A DNA stretch of 64,000 nucleotides from the human T2T-CHM13v2.0 reference genome, Homo sapiens, in the NCBI RefSeq assembly GCF_009914755.1, contig NC_060931.1; one strand, written 5' to 3'. Below, in pieces: positions 1 to 15,110 of the stretch. The position numbers and the translations under genes are program-made. Numbering within the stretch: position 1 is the stretch's first letter; each line of letters starts with the position of its first letter. The notes under the pieces were generated by a model. That model was given only the letters and a program-made list of their open reading frames with translations, did not search any database and had not been told where the DNA came from.

Positions 1-174
1 CATGTGCGATAGTTTTTTTTTTTTTTTGCCAAGTACAGATAATCTGTGTAGATGAAACATCTATTATATATACATCAATATGAGTAAAGCAACGTTTTTG
101 TAAGTTTTGTGTGATTACAATATTCAACTCTGATCATGCCTATTCAATCTTTAATTGCAGGGGATCTTGTCCTA

Positions 175-661
<487 letters not shown>

Positions 662-2521
662 TTAACCTCACCCATCCTTTCCTGCTTCCTTAACAGAACA
701 CAAACAGCTGGCATTTCTCTATAGATGAACATTCCCCTGAAAATTAAACCCAAAAGGAACAGTCGGAGCAGATCCTTCAGGCTCCACTGTTTTATTCTTT
801 AATGGCTGCTCCCTTCTTTCTCTGTTAGGCCAGGTACCACTGCTTGGTGAGAAGTGCCTCCATCAGTCAAAAATAGATGGAGATTTGTATAGTCAAAGAA
901 GGCTTTCAAACTGGGTTCCCTGGAGTCCTTGGGGAACCCAAGGATATCCTTGAGAGGGTGTGGGGGACAATGGCTCTGGGTACATGTGTGAGCTTAGCCG
1001 GCTTCAGGTGGAGGCAAGTCTACTTTCCTATCAGGTACCCATAATAAGGTTGTGCTGGAATGAAAATGTTCGATAGCTACAAAGAAGTTTAAAAGTCGCT
1101 GTATATACAATTGAAGCCCCTTCCAGAAGTTTGGAACGGAATTGTTGCCTCAACTCTAAAACAAGGGTAATATCCCTAACCAACACCCCACATGACAGTG
1201 AGAAGTCATTATAAAATGATCTTGCAAAGTGAGGGGTGGCCAGGAAAGTAGCATGTCAACGGTGACAGTAACGCCACGATGGTGAGCATGATGGAAGTGT
1301 TGGGGATGGCAATTCCATCTGACCGCGTCCTCCTGAATGCCTGAGGCTGAGCTCGGCCATAATGACAGAGGGACTCTGGCTGTCAAACTAGGTCAGGCTT
1401 GCACCAACATGGAAGGCATCAGGGTGAGAGCCTGGCAGATCAGGAGCGACTGCTATCAAATATTTGTTTTTGCTTTAAAAATCAACTCCCTCCCCTTCTT
1501 TTACGACTATGTCCTCTTAAAGCCTATTTGCTACCCGTTGAGATTCACACTGTATGCATAAAAAACATCAGATAATACCGTTATCTGCACTTCTCACTGA
1601 GTATTATTAATGTTTCCTTTTTATAAAAATTATGGATACTTGTACCTCATTCTTTTAAACTCTAAATTCCTGAAAAGCGGGGTCTAGCTTCATTAATCTC
1701 TGTACCCCTGCCTGAGAGTACCTAACATGGAATCTTGCTTATGGAGCGAGCACTCAATAAATATTTTTGAATAAGTGGTTCTCTGTCGCATTATTTGGGA
1801 ATTGAGCTTCTGCCCATCAAAATGGACATGCATGGATTTTAAATTACTTTTAATCCAAATGAGTGTTAATTCTGTTTTCTATTTTTTCATTTCTGTCCAG
1901 GACAACCACATAGAACCCCAAACAGGTGGCCCAGAAGAGTAGCTTTCCTGGTGTGGAGAGACATGTAAGGACAAACAACCTCTGCTATGCCAATTTCCCC
2001 TTTCATCCTGATGATAGGAGAGCGTGCAAAACAAATATCGTGGCAACTGGACTAGCATGGTGCAGTGAGCGTCTAAGAGGTGCTAACGACCTATTCACCT
2101 GGGTTTCCCTACTCCGCTCCAGGAATCGTCAACTAATATAAAAGCCCAGGCAGCCAGGAAGTCACCTGGCGGCTGATGTGTCACAGTTTCAGGTATTTAT
2201 TTCCAGCTTACTCTTGCTGTGTAAAAACACACACTGTCTGATATAAGATCTGCTTGTCTGCCATGAAGTCCGCTGCTGCTGACAATGATGATGACAGTGA
2301 TGATAATAATGATGACAGCAGTAAAATCTGTTGAACACTATGTGGCAAGCACTGGGCTGGGCCTCTTATGTACATTATCTCATTTAAACTTTACTACTTG
2401 CCTTAGGAAGTAGTACTATTATGATTTCCATTTAACATATAATCAGACCACATGCCACAGACCCAGCAAGCTAGTCACTTGACCAAGCATTCAGGGCTTC
2501 TATCGTCAAGGTGGTACTTAC

Positions 2522-2778
2522 CTAGGAAGTACAGAGTTGGGTGGTCTGGATTTTGCAGGGGATGCAACTTTTGGTTCTGGCCCAGAGCTCCCTGAAGACC
2601 CTAGCAGAGAATCCTGTGCCGGCCCGGATTGGCTTGGAAGTATTTCCCTCGTGGAAGTCAGGAGATGCTCTTTATCTTTAACTTCTTTTTCCCGGGACTT
2701 TGCTTTGTGTTCTGCCAGGAGGAGGTCAAATTGCTTTTTCCGGCCTGGGACTGCCCTCCGATGGCTTAGCGAATGTGT
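2522..2778 (-). CDS. ATXN7L1: ATXN7L1 coding exon (exon 7), 257 nt, THSLSHRRAVPGRKKQFDLLLAEHK...PPNSVLP(R)
   Basis: Acceptor tctcttctccttag|ACACATTCG and donor CTTCCTAG|gtaagt. Completes the SCA7 domain (CKTHS...RRAVPGR...FDLLLAEH). Confidence 0.97.
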
Positions 2779-3311
2779 CTAAGGAGAAGAGAAATGAAAA
2801 GCACAGCCTCTTTGATCAGCACATAAACCTGCTTCCCCAGGCCCTCCATTTCAGAAATAGCAATTCATGGAAATTTAGAGGTGCTTGAAAAGTCAACTTC
2901 AAGGCAACAGCTCCTGTTCTGTGGCTAGGAAGAGGCAGAGACCACACGAACGCAACCATGCCCTACACTCCTGGTGTTAAGAAGCCAAAGCTTCCTCCAA
3001 AAAATGGCATAGGATGACGAGCTTCAGCGCAGAACCCATGAAAACCTCTCTGATGAAAGGCAACTGCGAGGGAATGCTAGAGTTAATCCAGGTGCAGGTG
3101 GGAGGCTCGATTCGGCCCAGACAAACAGAGCCACCAAGCAGAGAGGGCCATCGCCTTGATCCCAAGAAGCACTAGCAGTTCAGCATGAAATACAGGGCTT
3201 TGGGCGACCCAATGGCGGCCGCCTTGGGTCAGCTGTTCCCCTGGCCACCCCGGTGTGGCTGGATCAGGGGCGCGGCATATCATCCTCCCCTCCAGGGCTG
3301 CCTTTCAGGGC

Positions 3312-3344
3312 GCTGCCGCCGCCGCCGCCGCCGCTGCCGCTGCT
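3312..3344. repeat. GCT(GCC)6GCT GCC GCT GCT trinucleotide repeat in intron 6
   Basis: Read directly. Pure (GCC)6 at 3315-3332. Confidence 0.9.
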
Positions 3345-3654
3345 CCTGCATACATTAAAACGTAGCAGGCTTTAGAACCGCCTGTGAGTGCCTATAAATA
3401 CAATTTACTGTCTGGCCTCACAAGTAACAGGGGAAGCCTAGTTTTTTTTTTTTTTTTTTCTCCTTCTTAAAAAGCCAGCCAGCTTGAGGCAGGCACTCTG
3501 CTACCATGGACGAGAAGAAAGCATTTCCCTTACAAAGAACAGCTGGGGGTCATGTCGAGGTTCCACACCCTGCCGTGTGCAGAGAGTGGCATGCAAACAT
3601 TTCGACAAAGGCCCCAGCGAGAGCAGGAAGTATTTTTTATGGAAAGAGAAATAC

Positions 3655-3737
3655 CTTGCAGGTGAGGGATCTTGTGCAAGGTTTCTTTGTCTCGGGATCC
3701 AATACTCCACAGTGTTTATTTGGGTCAAATTCTCTCT
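3655..3737 (-). CDS. ATXN7L1: ATXN7L1 coding exon (exon 6), 83 nt, EREFDPNKHCGVLDPETKKPCTRSLTCK, first part of the SCA7 domain
   Basis: Acceptor tttcttaaaccag|AGAGAGAATTT and donor TGCAAG|gtattt. Carries the HCGV...CTRSLTCK SCA7 signature. Phase matches both neighbouring exons. Confidence 0.97.
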
Positions 3738-5379
3738 CTGGTTTAAGAAACAAACAAAAAATATAAGAAAAAAGGAGACTAAATAGGATTTGGCATTAAG
3801 ACTACATTTTTTAAAAAATGCACATTTGCACCAACAAGTGAGACATTGTCAGGCAATCTGTTTTTTGTTTTTTTGTGTTTTGTTTTCTCAACCAGCTGCT
3901 AAAAGTCTTCCAGAACCGCTCGGGGAAAATGGTGCTCCCCTCTGAACCCAGAGTTCCCAAGTCTAGCTTCGGCAGCAACGCCGAACGCAGTACAAGGCTC
4001 GGGGAATAGGGCGGGAGCAGGCACCGAAGGGAAGGAGAGGAGCCGTGCTGCTCTTAATGCTCTTAACGCTTTATTTTACTTGCAATGGTTCCACAGGTCC
4101 TTGGCATTTGGGCATAGCTGGCTGCAGACCAGGGAGAGCCACCTGAGACCCAACGACCCCTTTCCTGGGCTGCTCCAAGAGTACAGACACCCTGACTCCA
4201 GCTCCTGCCTTCCTGCTAGTTTTAGCCATGTAAATGGGAGATTACTCCTTGACATGTCAGAGTGACCTGCCTCTCTCATGCTTGACAAAGCTCTCGGCGC
4301 AGGCTTTGCACACAGCCTTGCTGACCACAAACACCATTTACCTGATTGAGGGGCACTCTAGCAGTGTTACAGGCAGGGGCAGGGGAGAAGGCTGAACTTG
4401 AAGGTGCAGAGAGGGCAGGGGCCTGCTAATCTCACAGCTGCTCCCCGCCCCCACTGCCCTGGGTCTGATGCTTCACGTGGGAATAAAACGGGGCAGGCTG
4501 CCCCACCAGGATGAAGGATGTCTGTGCGGAGAGGCCAGGCTTCCCCAGCTCCTGCCTTCCAGTTGACTGTGGACAGCTTGTGGGGAGGTTACTTCTAAGG
4601 AGCCTGCTCTTTCTATACCCATCTTGGGTCCTTCACCCCTGCCAGGAAGACAATCATGCTGTCCTCACCTTAAAAATGAGGGGATGTGAGGTGATCTCTT
4701 TTTTTCATTTTTATTTTTTGAGACAGGGTCTCGCTCCGTTACCCAGGCTGAAGTGCAGTGGTGGGATCACAAGGCTCACTGCAGCCTCGACCTCCTGGGC
4801 TCAAGCCTCAACCTCCTGAGTAGCTGGAACTAGAGGCATGCACCACCACACCTGCCTGATTTTGTTATTTTTTGTAGATACAGGGTCTCACTATATTGCC
4901 CAGGGTAGGTGATCTCTTAAGGATCTTTTGGGCTTTAAAATTCCACCTCTTGGATGGCCTGTGCCGTTTCTGGAAGGCACCGAGCAAACACATAAGTCCT
5001 GCAGAGCAGGAATGACACAGCCCTCTGGGCATGTGGGTAGACTGGCAGCAGTGTTGCTGGTGGTAGAGGGTGTACAGAAATTGGTGGTATCTCCTTAAGA
5101 CCCTTGAATGGCTGCAAACTCAAAAAAGGTTCCTAGCTGGAAAACTGTCTGAAATTGGTGGAGTAAACTCCGAGCATATAACAATGCTCAGATTATACCA
5201 TAATAAATGAATGTATTCTATTTTCAAAAGCTTTGAGGGTCATGGGGAGGTTGCAATGGTGTTACTGATGATATGCACAAGAAAACTACTCTATACCCAA
5301 GACAGATTCCCTGGCTGGTTACCAAAATGCCTCCCCCCTTTTTTTGCTTTTTGTCTGCCTTTTCTCTCTCTCTCTCTCT

Positions 5380-5410
<31 letters not shown>

Positions 5411-7004
5411 AGCTTCACTTAGAAAAAAAACCTGCTAGGCCTGGAGATGCTGGTTTGCTCGGAGCCCTCTCTGGCCAGGCTGCCTGGTGTGGTGTTTTTT
5501 TTTTTGGGTCTGTCAGAGTCAGGCCTGTGCCTGGTCCCACACCAGCGCCTCATGTCGACCTGGAGCTGAGCAGGCTGTTGGCTGAGGGTAGGAGCTGGCT
5601 GCCAAATGTGAAAGTGAGGCAGAAACAAGCAAAAGACCCGACGAAACAAGACAACCCACAAAATGCAAAAACAATGTGCGGCAAAAAAATCCCCAGACAA
5701 CTTCAGATGGGGTTACAGGCTGGAAGCCACGGCCGTGCTTCTGCTATGGCGAGGAGCCCTCGGCCTCCAGCCACTGTGCCCACGCCTACCGGTTTTCTGG
5801 GGATGTTGCCACCACCTCTGAAGAGTGAAACCAAGCTTTCCATGCAGGAAGAGCCAGGTGCTGGGGGCTCCCGCCCGAACTGTGAGGCCCACAGTGCTTA
5901 GGGAGAGCACCAGGCTCTACCTTTCTTTCTTGACAGTGGGTGAGCAGCGCAGGCAGAGATGTGCAAGGTACAATGCCTGCTTTATCCGAATGCTTTGGGC
6001 TTGAGGGATTTTTCAGACATAATTTTAAAAAGAGTTACAGATGAAAGATAGAGAAACTAGAACTACAGACAAATACAGAGTAGACAATAAAAATTACCCA
6101 CAATTCCTTGGGTGCTTAAAAATCAAGCTTAACCCGAGGACAGTTTCTCTGTCACAGGGTGGCTGTCACTGTATTTTACTTTCTCTGGCCACCATCAGGG
6201 AGTGCCCATGATGTAAGAAGAAGTTATGAAGTTTATAGCTTCTCCTGGTCTTTTGGAGAAAGTAAAAACTGCCACGTTTAGTTCTACAGCAGATCGATCC
6301 AAAGCAAACATTACCCACATAGGGGCCTCTAACAAATAACCATCATCCTGTGTGCCTCTTCTGGCACCCCAAGTGTCTGCTCAGACAACCAAGGAGTAGA
6401 CCCACAAGAGACCGCCCCAGCACCCTATCGGCACTGCCAGCCCTACTGTTCCTGTTTGGGAATTCCAACCTGATTATGGGGGATCGACAGTTGTAAACTC
6501 AACTGCAGAATTAACCTGGAAACTCCCGAGGCCAAAGGACAGAGGCTGTGTGTCCCTGTGCAGCACAGCTGTTGGCGGGGCTGTCCCTCACATGCCTTGA
6601 GGCACCATGAGATCCCTGTGTGTTGTCCAGCTTCCCAGCAGTGAAGCGTCTATGGAAGCCAGGGCTAGTTCAACCTGTTTGTATGATACAGATACACAGA
6701 ATCACCTGCTCACAAGACCCTCGGAATCTACAGAGTAGGTCGGTGCAGAGCACCCTGCCTCCTGGGTTGCTAGGGTAACTCCCGCTAAGCACTGAACTGA
6801 GTGAGGGACTTCATCTGCCCGGGGAAGAAGAGACCTGGTTTTCCCTTGCATTTTTAGGTGGGGTTCCTGTTTGCAGGTAAACTCTGCATCCCCCTTAAAA
6901 TGAAACAGACCTGCTTAATGATAACAGCACATCACTCCTTCGTTATGGCTGCGACTCCCTTTCAGTCTAATCATGAGTCAGACCCTGACGACACTGACAC
7001 ATAC

Positions 7005-7288
7005 CTGAAAGTCTCCTGTAAGGCTTGTTGCTGTTTTTGGTGCCATTTTGGTGTTTCTTGTCTATGGTGGTTGGCAGAATTCCTTTGCCATTTAAGATCT
7101 TCTCTGGTGAAGGTGGCACTGACTTGGACATCAGGACAGGCTTAATTAAAGGAGGGGTGGAGACGGCAGAGGACGAGGTGGAGGAGGCAGAAACTGCAGT
7201 AGTGGTTGTGGAGTTCATTTTGACATTGGCACCATCTGCCTTCACTAGGTTAGGAATTTTCTCTAAACTGACTACAGGAACTGGAACA
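7005..7288 (-). CDS. ATXN7L1: ATXN7L1 coding exon (exon 5), 284 nt, VPVPVVSLEKIPNLVKADG...KPYRRLS
   Basis: Acceptor tttatttttcag|TGTTCCAG and donor CTTTCAG|gtatgt. Contains the ataxin-7-family VPVVSLEKI motif. Lies inside ORF 6967..7335. Confidence 0.96.
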
Positions 7289-8954
7289 CTGAAAAATAAA
7301 TGAACAAACACACACAATTGTCTTCTTTGATACATCTAGTCTGCTGAGGAACCATACCCGCTTATCATTATCAGAACATTTCCTTATCACTTATTTATAC
7401 TCCTTCTATAAGCAAGCAGCATGAGTCCAGTTTTGATGGGAGAGAGTTCTGTGCCCTGGAAAGGATCAACAGGGGGTGCGAGGCTGGCACAGTGTCAGGG
7501 GTGGCATCAGGGCTGACTGATTACCGCCCGTGCTGAGCTGTCCCCATAGATCCTGCAACTCTCCACTTCCCGGGCCCTATAGGTTGGCCATTTCCAACAC
7601 AGCACCTTGGGCAGAACAAGGCGCCTGTTGTGAAGCTCAGGAAGAGATACCGTTTGTCCCCTGAAGACAATGTGCCACTGCTGAATCACGCCCCCTCCCC
7701 CCGCTGCTCAGCTAGTCCCCCAGCCCGGCCCGGATCGGGCCTGACATCTGCTTAGCTCCGGAGTGCTGACAGGATCACACCACAAGGAGGCATGGCTTCA
7801 GGCCAGCGTGCTGCACGGCGTGCTGTCGGACGGCTTCTGGATCACTCTCACATCCTGGGGATGGGCTCAAATTGAGTGAGCCGCCATGTAGCATTATCCA
7901 ATATTCCATTTTAGGCAGCTAGTTATGTAAATAGGCAATTCTCAAGGCTGGCAGGTGAAAGGATGAATTTTAAGAAGGCAGAGCACAAAGGTGTGCTTCA
8001 CTCTTCAGAATCTGTCACCTTAGCCCCCTTCCCTGCTATTTCTCCTGTATGGGATGTGCATTTGATTTCTCTTCTTCTTTAATGCTGAAGGACCTGCGTC
8101 TGGGGGGCTGTGGAGAACTCCATCTCTGGGTCTTAAAAGATGAGATGAATAAGCTTTGCTTTGGTCCCTGAGCTAGATTCCCTTTCCTCCTGGCAGGAGG
8201 GAAGAATGCTAACATGGGCTCCCCAGTCATCTCTGAGCTGAGAGTGAAGCCTACTTAGCTATTTGAATGCCAAATGATCTAGAATATGGCTTTTACATTC
8301 CTGCAGACAATGTAGGGCAGGAAAGAGGGGCTGTTTTTGGCAGGAAAAGAATCTTATCTGTCCACATGGCTGGCTGGCTGGCTCTCCTTTCTCTAAGATT
8401 CATTCACAGATTATTTCTTTGATCAACTTGTTCATGAAATTATTTTAGCCCCCTCTCAGCCCCTGCCCCTTTTATGACTCTGAAATAGGATCCCAGCTGT
8501 TTGTTACAGATCTTTGCCAGCGAGAAGGGCACAGAGCAGCGGAACAGATTGTGGCTGGACATTACCGACTTCTCCCTTGGACCACGTAGCTTCTTGGCCT
8601 GGGGAAGGGTGACCTGGGGCTTCAAGTCCCATGTGAGGGGAAACTAGAATGACAGTTTTTTGTAACAAACCCTGCCACTGCCAATTCCGTCCCTGATCAG
8701 AGTGTCTCAATGTCTGAGATAGAGCTGAACTGCTGCTCCTTTCTATTTAATGGCAATTCTCAAAGCACTCCCATATCACTGAAGAATGGCACAAGAAACC
8801 CTTTGAGAGTGAGCACACCAAGATGCTAGACAGGTATTACCTGGTGAAATTAGTGCTGCATTCCTGATTTTTCCCAAATGATAAAAAGATGCAAAGCAAT
8901 GTGATACAGAATTCTTCTAGGCTTATTCCTTGACACATTTAAAAAGCCACAAGT

Positions 8955-9450
8955 TAAGAAATCAGGGTCCTGAAGAGAGATCTGTACACCCATGTTCATA
9001 GCAGCGTTATTCACAATAGCCAAAGGTGGAGGCAGCCCAAGTGTCCATCAATGGATGAATGGATAAGCAAAATGTAGCATCATTCAGCTTTAAAAAGGAA
9101 GGAAATTCTGACACGGGCAGGAGCCTTGAAGACATTATGTTAAGTGAAATAAGCCTGTCACAAAAGACAAATACTGTATAATTCCACTTATATGAGGTAC
9201 CTGGAGTAGTCAAATTCATAGAGACAGAAAGCAGAGCAGTGGTTGCCAGGGGATGGGGAAGGGAGAATGGGCAGTTTTTTTTAATGCCCGTTGAACAACT
9301 GTATAGAGTTTCAGTTTTGCAAGATGGAAAAAAAAGTTCTGGAGATTGGTTGCACAACAGTGTGAATGTACTTAATACTACTGAAATGTACATTAAAAAC
9401 GGTTAATATGGTAAATTTTATGTTATGCTTATTTTACCACAATTAAAAAT
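8955..9450 (+). mobile_element. L1M (L1MB-like) 3' fragment
   Basis: Typical old L1 3' blocks: CCCATGTTCATAGCAGC...CACAATAGCCAAA, TGGATGAATGGATAA and CAAATTCATAGAGACAGAAAG. Confidence 0.85.
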
Positions 9451-9546
9451 GTTTTACATGTACAAACTAAAAAAAAATGCAAATTACAAAACTCTTACAA
9501 CCTAAATTATACTTCAATAAACCTGACTTTAAAAATACAGATCAGA

Positions 9547-11125
<1,579 letters not shown>

Positions 11126-11532
11126 TTAGAAGAATCTGTTCTGTTCAAAAAGATTTATTGATTTAATTTCTCACCCTTGTTCTGATCTGTTGACTTTTAT
11201 TTCTTTAGGGAAAAAAATCAAACTTCAAGTGTTGATATGAACACATGGACAGCTAGCAAGAAGAGAAGGTGCTCTAGTACCTGGGCAGCCTTCTCTGATG
11301 TATTAATATTTCTTTGTGAAGCCAAGTTAGTTCAGGAAAGGAAATTAGAACTTGCAAGTTCCAGATCTAGTTCTTGTTGCATGAGCTGGTACGAGTTAAC
11401 ATAACGCCTCTAGTTTCTGTGAAAAATGCCCTATGTAGATGTTAGGTCCTCAGGCCTTCAGCAGACAAAGATATGATGCCTGGGATAGAATAATCCAGAG
11501 CAATTGTACAAATGGAAATACATTTAAAAAAC

Positions 11533-11858
<326 letters not shown>

Positions 11859-13147
11859 TCATAGCACAGTCTGCATTACTCCTCTAAAGTCAACGTCAGG
11901 CTCTGAATGTGCTCCTTAAGGCAGCCCCACGAGCACAGGTGCACCAGGTCCCAACATTTGGAACCGTGCCAGTTGACTCATCTCTTTGGTGACACTTCTT
12001 CCCAACTGTGTGTAACTGAGCTTGGGCCAGGCCAGCTAATGTCTGTGACTGTCTCCTAATTTGGAATTTTTTCTGCTTTATAATGAGTGTGGCCCAATCA
12101 TACTCTACTGTCAATGATTCCAGAACTCAGCTGGATGCGAAATTGGAGCCCATCAGAAACAGGAAAGACAGCCTCACGTGCAGTCCTCTGGATTGAAGAA
12201 TGGGAAGCATTGGGGAAAAAAGTCTGATCAAGAATGTTTCAAAGATTTCAAAGACCAGGTGAGTTGGTAAGGGGCTGGGCCACTGAGTGAACACCTCTGA
12301 TGTGAGGTAAAAGGACTTGGCAGAAGGAGAGAAGGGAGACTGCGCTCTTTTGGGTGTGTTCTAAGGGTGTTCATTAGCTAATGGAGAAGGGCTTAGAAGA
12401 GTGAAGGAGAAGAACCTAGAGCTGTCCCTGATACTTTTTTCTTTGGTGTCCCTTCTCTCCCTCAAAAGCTTTGGGCTTTCTCTCTAAGGGAACCTGCCTT
12501 GGCCTGGACTGAGAAGACACAGAAGCAGGCAGCTGAGTGATGGTGGGAAAGGCATTTGACCTTGCCATCCTCTTCCCCAGTATACACGCTAGCCATCGGG
12601 CCAGCCTTTCTTTACTACAGCTGGCAACAGCCCCAAAGTCCTGAACTGAGAAAGCAAAGGAGGAAACGGTCACAGGATAGTGCCACAGAATCTGGAAAGC
12701 CAATCCCAGAGATGATGCTTTTTGAGCAAAAACATTCAGCTGACATAAGAGCCTATTAAGAGCCCCACCCCCCACCTCCCATACACACAGATCCCGCGTG
12801 TGCCTATGCTGCAGCCACAGTGCAGTCACAGGGAAGCCAGTGTCTCGGAATTGTCCTCTGCTTCCTCTCACTGGCCCCGTGTGCATCCCCCTCACTTCCT
12901 CTGCTGTCACCTTCCCCAGCCAGGAAAGTGTCCCAGCCTTGGGCACGCCCCTTCCAGATGGCTGTGGACCCTGAATGACAGGTTGGACTTTTTTTTCCAT
13001 TTGGAAAGAATCCAAAAGGTTCTAACCCCTGCTTTCACAGTATGGGCATCTCCCATCTTCTTTGTGTCTAATCACAGTAACGCAAACACCTCCATGTGCA
13101 GGTGGTGAGACCTGGGAGGGGGTGGTGAGTTGGCAATAGCCTGATGG

Positions 13148-13190
13148 GTGACTCAGCAATTTATTACACTGTTTGCTTAGGTGACAAACA
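13148..13190 (+). promoter_or_regulatory. ARE/MARE (NRF2-sMAF/AP-1) plus forkhead motif cluster
   Basis: GTGACTCAGCAATTT at 13148-13162, TGTTTGCTTA at 13170-13179 and GACAAACA at 13183-13190, in unique sequence. Confidence 0.45.
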
Positions 13191-14399
13191 AGCCTGGCAG
13201 TTACCCCCGAGCTTAGCCAAAGCCCTTCAAAGTTCCTTTCCCTTCAGTCTAAAGGATGCATGTGCACACTTCCCAAAGTCGCACAATTAGTTGCATTTAT
13301 CAACTCACGATTGTCCTTTCTTTGTGGAGCAGTGTTTGAAAGGGAAAGATGAGTCTCCACTCTTCCCCTGCTGCTTTCATAATGCCTGTTTTGTTCACTT
13401 GGGATGAACTCTTTCAGAGAGCTCAGGGCTGCAGCCTGTTCCCCTGCTGTGTCTAATATGCTGGGAGTAGTTCTCTCCTCATCATCTCTGTACCTCTGTC
13501 TCGGTCCTGGGAAAGAAACCCAATGCCGAGAACACCCTCCCTCATCCCCCTTGCTACGTGGGGGCGATATCTACCTCTGTTTCTTTTGTGCTGCTTTAGT
13601 TGCCCACGTCTTCTTCCTTTGTGCTTGGCCTGTCTGAATTTATCTTTCTAGATCAAGGCGGGTCCTCTGGCTTTAAGAAACATGGTTCTCTTGGCATCAA
13701 GTAGATTCCCCTCCCTGCCCAGTGATGTCTGCAAAAGAACAGAGGTGGAGACTCATGACGGTGCCATTGCAAGAGCCACCAATGTGCCGCAGGGCCAGCT
13801 GCCCACCTGCCAGCTACGCTTTCCTGGTGATCATGATCTATATTCTTTGATTATCAACAGAAATGCCTTAAGAGAATGGTTCTGAATGTCTCTAGGTCTG
13901 CAGAAATTATTGCCAGCCCTTCTTCACTTACCAGAGCACGGTAAAGATGAATTTGACAGGCAGGAGCCTGAAGACATATGGTATTTGTGCTGTGGGTTTT
14001 GTGTGTGATGAGAGTTCTCAGCTGTCTGATTTCCTCCACCAATTCCTTCGACAAAAGCCTATGTGCTTATGCTGCTGGCCTGGCAGAATTTTGAGAATCT
14101 CTGACTCACTGGCAGAGCCTTAGAAGGGCCATATCACCCAGCCTCTTGGCTTCCAAGCAGTGATAGCATTAAGTCATCCCCAATAAAAAGGAATTTACCC
14201 TCTTTTAAAATGCCCTTGGAGAAGGAATTCAATTTGGCTCTCTTGGATGTATTTTGGCAGCTACTATGAGGAAATTATTTATATCCAATCTAAATTCTTT
14301 AAGTTGAAGAAGTACTTGGGAGATTCTAGAAGTCTGAGGGGCAGGCAATCACTAAGAATCAGGGTAAATAACAGAGACACAAAGTCCTACTACCGTGGT

Positions 14400-15110
14400 A
14401 TGACAGATACAGTTGATACTGCATAAATCCTGACAAGTGAATAAATGGTATTTTTGCGGTGTGTCTGGAAAAATATTGGGAAAACTTTCAGAAAGCCTGT
14501 CTGTAAACACCTTTAGCAAACAGAAAACAGGTATTCAACCACAGAGCATGGTAAATAAGAATATCTGCCAGATAAATCTAACATTATTCTGTGGCTGAGT
14601 GTCAGGCCTGGTGGTTAGAGAGGAAGCATAGTGTCTAATCTCTCCTGGCCTTTGCACAGTTTTGGATTCTCTCCCACATAACACACCTTCAGTAAACTGG
14701 GGAAATGTGGTCAGACCACACAGTTACCAGGTGAGTGGTCCTGGCAGCAGAGACAAAAGAAAAATGGGTTAGCAGGGCTCAATTTCAGCCTAGAGTGATA
14801 CCATGCAGAGCTCGACAGGGACCCACTGCCGGCCAAGAAGGTCATAGTGTCTTCATCAGTGACTTGGATGATGGGCCAAGACTTTGCTCCTCAATTGGGT
14901 TAAGAGATGATTAGCTGCTGAGAACAATGATGTGAGATTTCCTCCTGAGTCAGTTAGGTGGGAGGAAAAATGAACAAGCTGACTTGGAAGAATTGTAAAA
15001 ATGGCCAGAAGCAAATCAAATAAAATCAGGGAGAACAAGTATGACTGAATTGAAGGTCTGTGCCTTGTCAATATTCTGGCAAATTTATAGAATGTGGAGT
15101 GTTGGAAGAT
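14400..15110 (+). mobile_element. Degraded L3/CR1 reverse-transcriptase region
   Basis: Eroded resemblance to the CR1 RT segment QHGF..SCQTNL..VD.G.AVD..YLDF..AFD.V.H at about 14545-14700. Confidence 0.5.

Noticed and set aside
5455-5901. 148-aa plus-strand ORF and a minus-strand donor-like site CCG|gtaggc at 5790
   Set aside because: No homology recognised. The possible 28-nt cassette or ATG-containing exon is out of frame with exon 6. Kept only as part of a CpG patch.
12416-13015. Longest ORF (199 aa, minus strand)
   Set aside because: No recognisable domain, non-ATG start, no convincing splice boundaries. Consistent with chance.
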